The notes under the pieces: generated by a model
Told to the model about the DNA's origin: nothing
Seen by the model: only the letters and a program-made list of their open reading frames with translations
The model's database searches: none
Shown here: positions 62,218-64,000 of the stretch, in pieces
Layout of the letters: every line of letters starts with the position of its first letter
How positions within the stretch are numbered: position 1 is the first letter of the stretch
Position numbers and translations under genes: made by a program
Assembly: GCF_036365525.1 (NCBI RefSeq)
Contig: NC_090413.1
Location: 26,102,142-26,166,141, forward strand
Length of the DNA: 64,000 bases
DNA from: Heterodontus francisci
Taxonomy: Eukaryota
Direction: 5' to 3'

Positions 62218-62448
62218 TTAGCAGCTGCCGATCTCCATTTGGCCATTTTCCACAATTGTTTGCTCAGTAGGACTGGGTGGTGCCTTGGAACTGGATGGAG
62301 CAGAGAGATTAGGGATGGATGGAGCCTCAGGTACAGCACCTGATGGAGCGACATGATTGGAGCTAGCTGTGTGGTGATTGTCCCTCAGCACTTTGATTGA
62401 GAGTAGCAATTCCTTGTGTTGTTCTTCCATTGTAAAGAGGCGACTTTC
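62218..62448 (-). CDS. Probable terminal exon of a RASAL3/DAB2IP/RASAL2-family RasGAP
   Basis: taatacag|ESRLFTMEEQHKELLLSIKVLRDNH...PPSPTEQTIVENGQMEIGSC*. Resembles remembered RASAL3 (EHRLNEMERTQAQLRDAVQSL) and DAB2IP (EKRIASLDAANARL...SPT..ENG...C*) last exons. 231 nt, phase 0. Confidence 0.55.
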   Translation of the reverse strand, partial: ESRLFTMEEQHKELLLSIKVLRDNHHTASSNHVAPSGAVPEAPSIPNLSAPSSSKAPPSPTEQTIVENGQMEIGSC

Positions 62449-62769
62449 CTGTATTAAAACACCAGAGGCATCTGGTTAAAGGCGTGGATCTCAAACCCAT
62501 CTTTGCACAATATAACCACAGTGATTAAGCTGTGTTTAGGGATGAACCTATATTTTTAAGCACTCAAAATGCCTGTCTTGATTTCCTTCAGAATCAAGCA
62601 TTGAAGTAGCATGGTGTCTGTTGATGTATGTAGATAACATGTCATATTGGACCATACAATGATATGACACAGAAGGAGGCCATTCAGCCCAGCAGGTCTG
62701 TACCATCTCTTTGAAATAGCTATCCAATTAGTATCACTCCCATACTCATTCCCCATTGCTCTTCCCAAT

Positions 62770-63980
62770 AGAGGAGGAGGAAGTAGAGGTATTGGATAGG
62801 ATAAAAATAAATAGAAAAGAGGTGCTAAATAGGCTGGCGTCACTCAAAGTCAACAATCATTCAGTCTAGATCCTAGGAAGCTAGGGTGGAGATAACAGAA
62901 GTTCTGACCACAATCTTTCAATCCTCCGTGTATATGTGAGTGGCACCAGAGGACGGCAGGAATGCAAATTCAAAAAAGTGGAGAGCTATAGGCCAATCAG
63001 TCTACTGCTCATGGTGAGGAAACTACAAGAGATCCATTGTGAAGGACAACGTTACTTTTCACTTGGAGAAGCAATGGGTTAATAAGTAATCAGCCAGCAT
63101 GGATTTGTTAAGGGCAAATCATGTCTGACTAATCAGATTGAGTTCTTTGATAAAGCAACAGAGAGGATTGATGAAGATAGTACAGTAGAATATGAATTTT
63201 CTAAAGATATTTGACAAAGTACAACAGTAACAGACTTCTTCAGAAAATAGGAGCACATGGGATTAAAGAGGTGGTAACTTGGGTATATAATTGGTTAAGG
63301 GATAGGAAGCAGAGTAGTGGTGAACGGAGAGAAGTATGTAGTGGTGTACCCTAGAGGTTGATATTAGGACTGCTGCTTTCCTTGTTATATATAAGTATCC
63401 TGGACTTGAGTACAGGGAGTACAATTTTGAAGTTAGGAAACAAAATTTGGCAACGTAGTTAATAGTGAGCAGGATAGTAGCAGACTTCAGAACAACATAG
63501 ACAGACTAGAGAAATGGGCAAACACAGGCAGATGCAATTTAATATGGATAATTTTGAAGTGATGCACTTTGGGAGAAACAAAATGCAGAGGCAGTATAAT
63601 CAAAGAGCAGAGGGACCTGAGGTGCAAATTCATAAATCCTCGAAGGTGGCAGGGCAAGTTGATGAGGTGGTTAAGAAAGTGTCGGAGATAACTGGCTTTG
63701 TAAATAGGGGCAATGAATAGAAAAACAAGGAACTCGTGCTGAACCTTTTCAAGTTTCTAGTTAGGCCTCAACTGGAGTATCGTTCTGGGCACCATACTTT
63801 CAGAAGGATGTCAAGGCCCTAGAGAGGAGGCAGAGGAGATTTACAAGAATGGTACTAGGGATGAGGGAGTTCAGTTATGTGGAGAGATTGGAGATGCTCT
63901 GATTGTTTGCCTTGGAGTAGAGAAAGTTAAAGGAGGACCTCATAGAGATATTCAAAATTATGAGGGGTTTTGATAAAGGA
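62770..63980 (+). mobile_element. Highly decayed CR1 LINE
   Basis: Remnants of HGFVKGKSCLTN, QMQFNMDNFEVMHFG and RPQLEY in shifting frames. Confidence 0.8.
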
Positions 63981-64000
63981 ACAGTGGGCAGCACAGTGGT

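Noticed and set aside
1-64000. CRISPR arrays, operons or other prokaryotic systems
   Set aside because: The sequence is vertebrate with spliceosomal introns; no repeat-spacer array was seen.

Overview
Eukaryotic (vertebrate) genomic DNA, very likely a shark or other elasmobranch, judged from abundant HE1-type V-SINEs, HER1/CR1 LINEs, DeuSINE-like SINEs and Penelope-like termini. The window is repeat-rich, and most entries in the ORF track are spurious or transposon-derived. Reading splice sites by eye gives four host genes. (1) Coding exon 1 of a VAV gene, probably VAV1 (- strand, 5215-5418). (2) A complete 7-exon, 272-274 aa, strongly diverged GCLM-like gene (+, 11292-23477), head-to-head with VAV, possibly a retained 2R ohnolog of a normally single-copy gene. 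(3) A complete 13-coding-exon, 396 aa type II C-type lectin receptor (-, 30952-56870) with tyrosine motifs in the tail, a neck built by recent tandem exon duplication, and a CTLD lacking the EPN/QPD and WND sugar-binding motifs. (4) A probable last exon of a RASAL3/DAB2IP-family gene (-, 62218-62448). Mobile elements include two young CR1 LINEs, two solo LTRs with 4-bp TSDs, Harbinger-like MITEs, a Tx1-clade LINE end, and Penelope-like inverted termini carrying minimal hammerhead-ribozyme motifs. All homology calls come from remembered sequences and need database confirmation.
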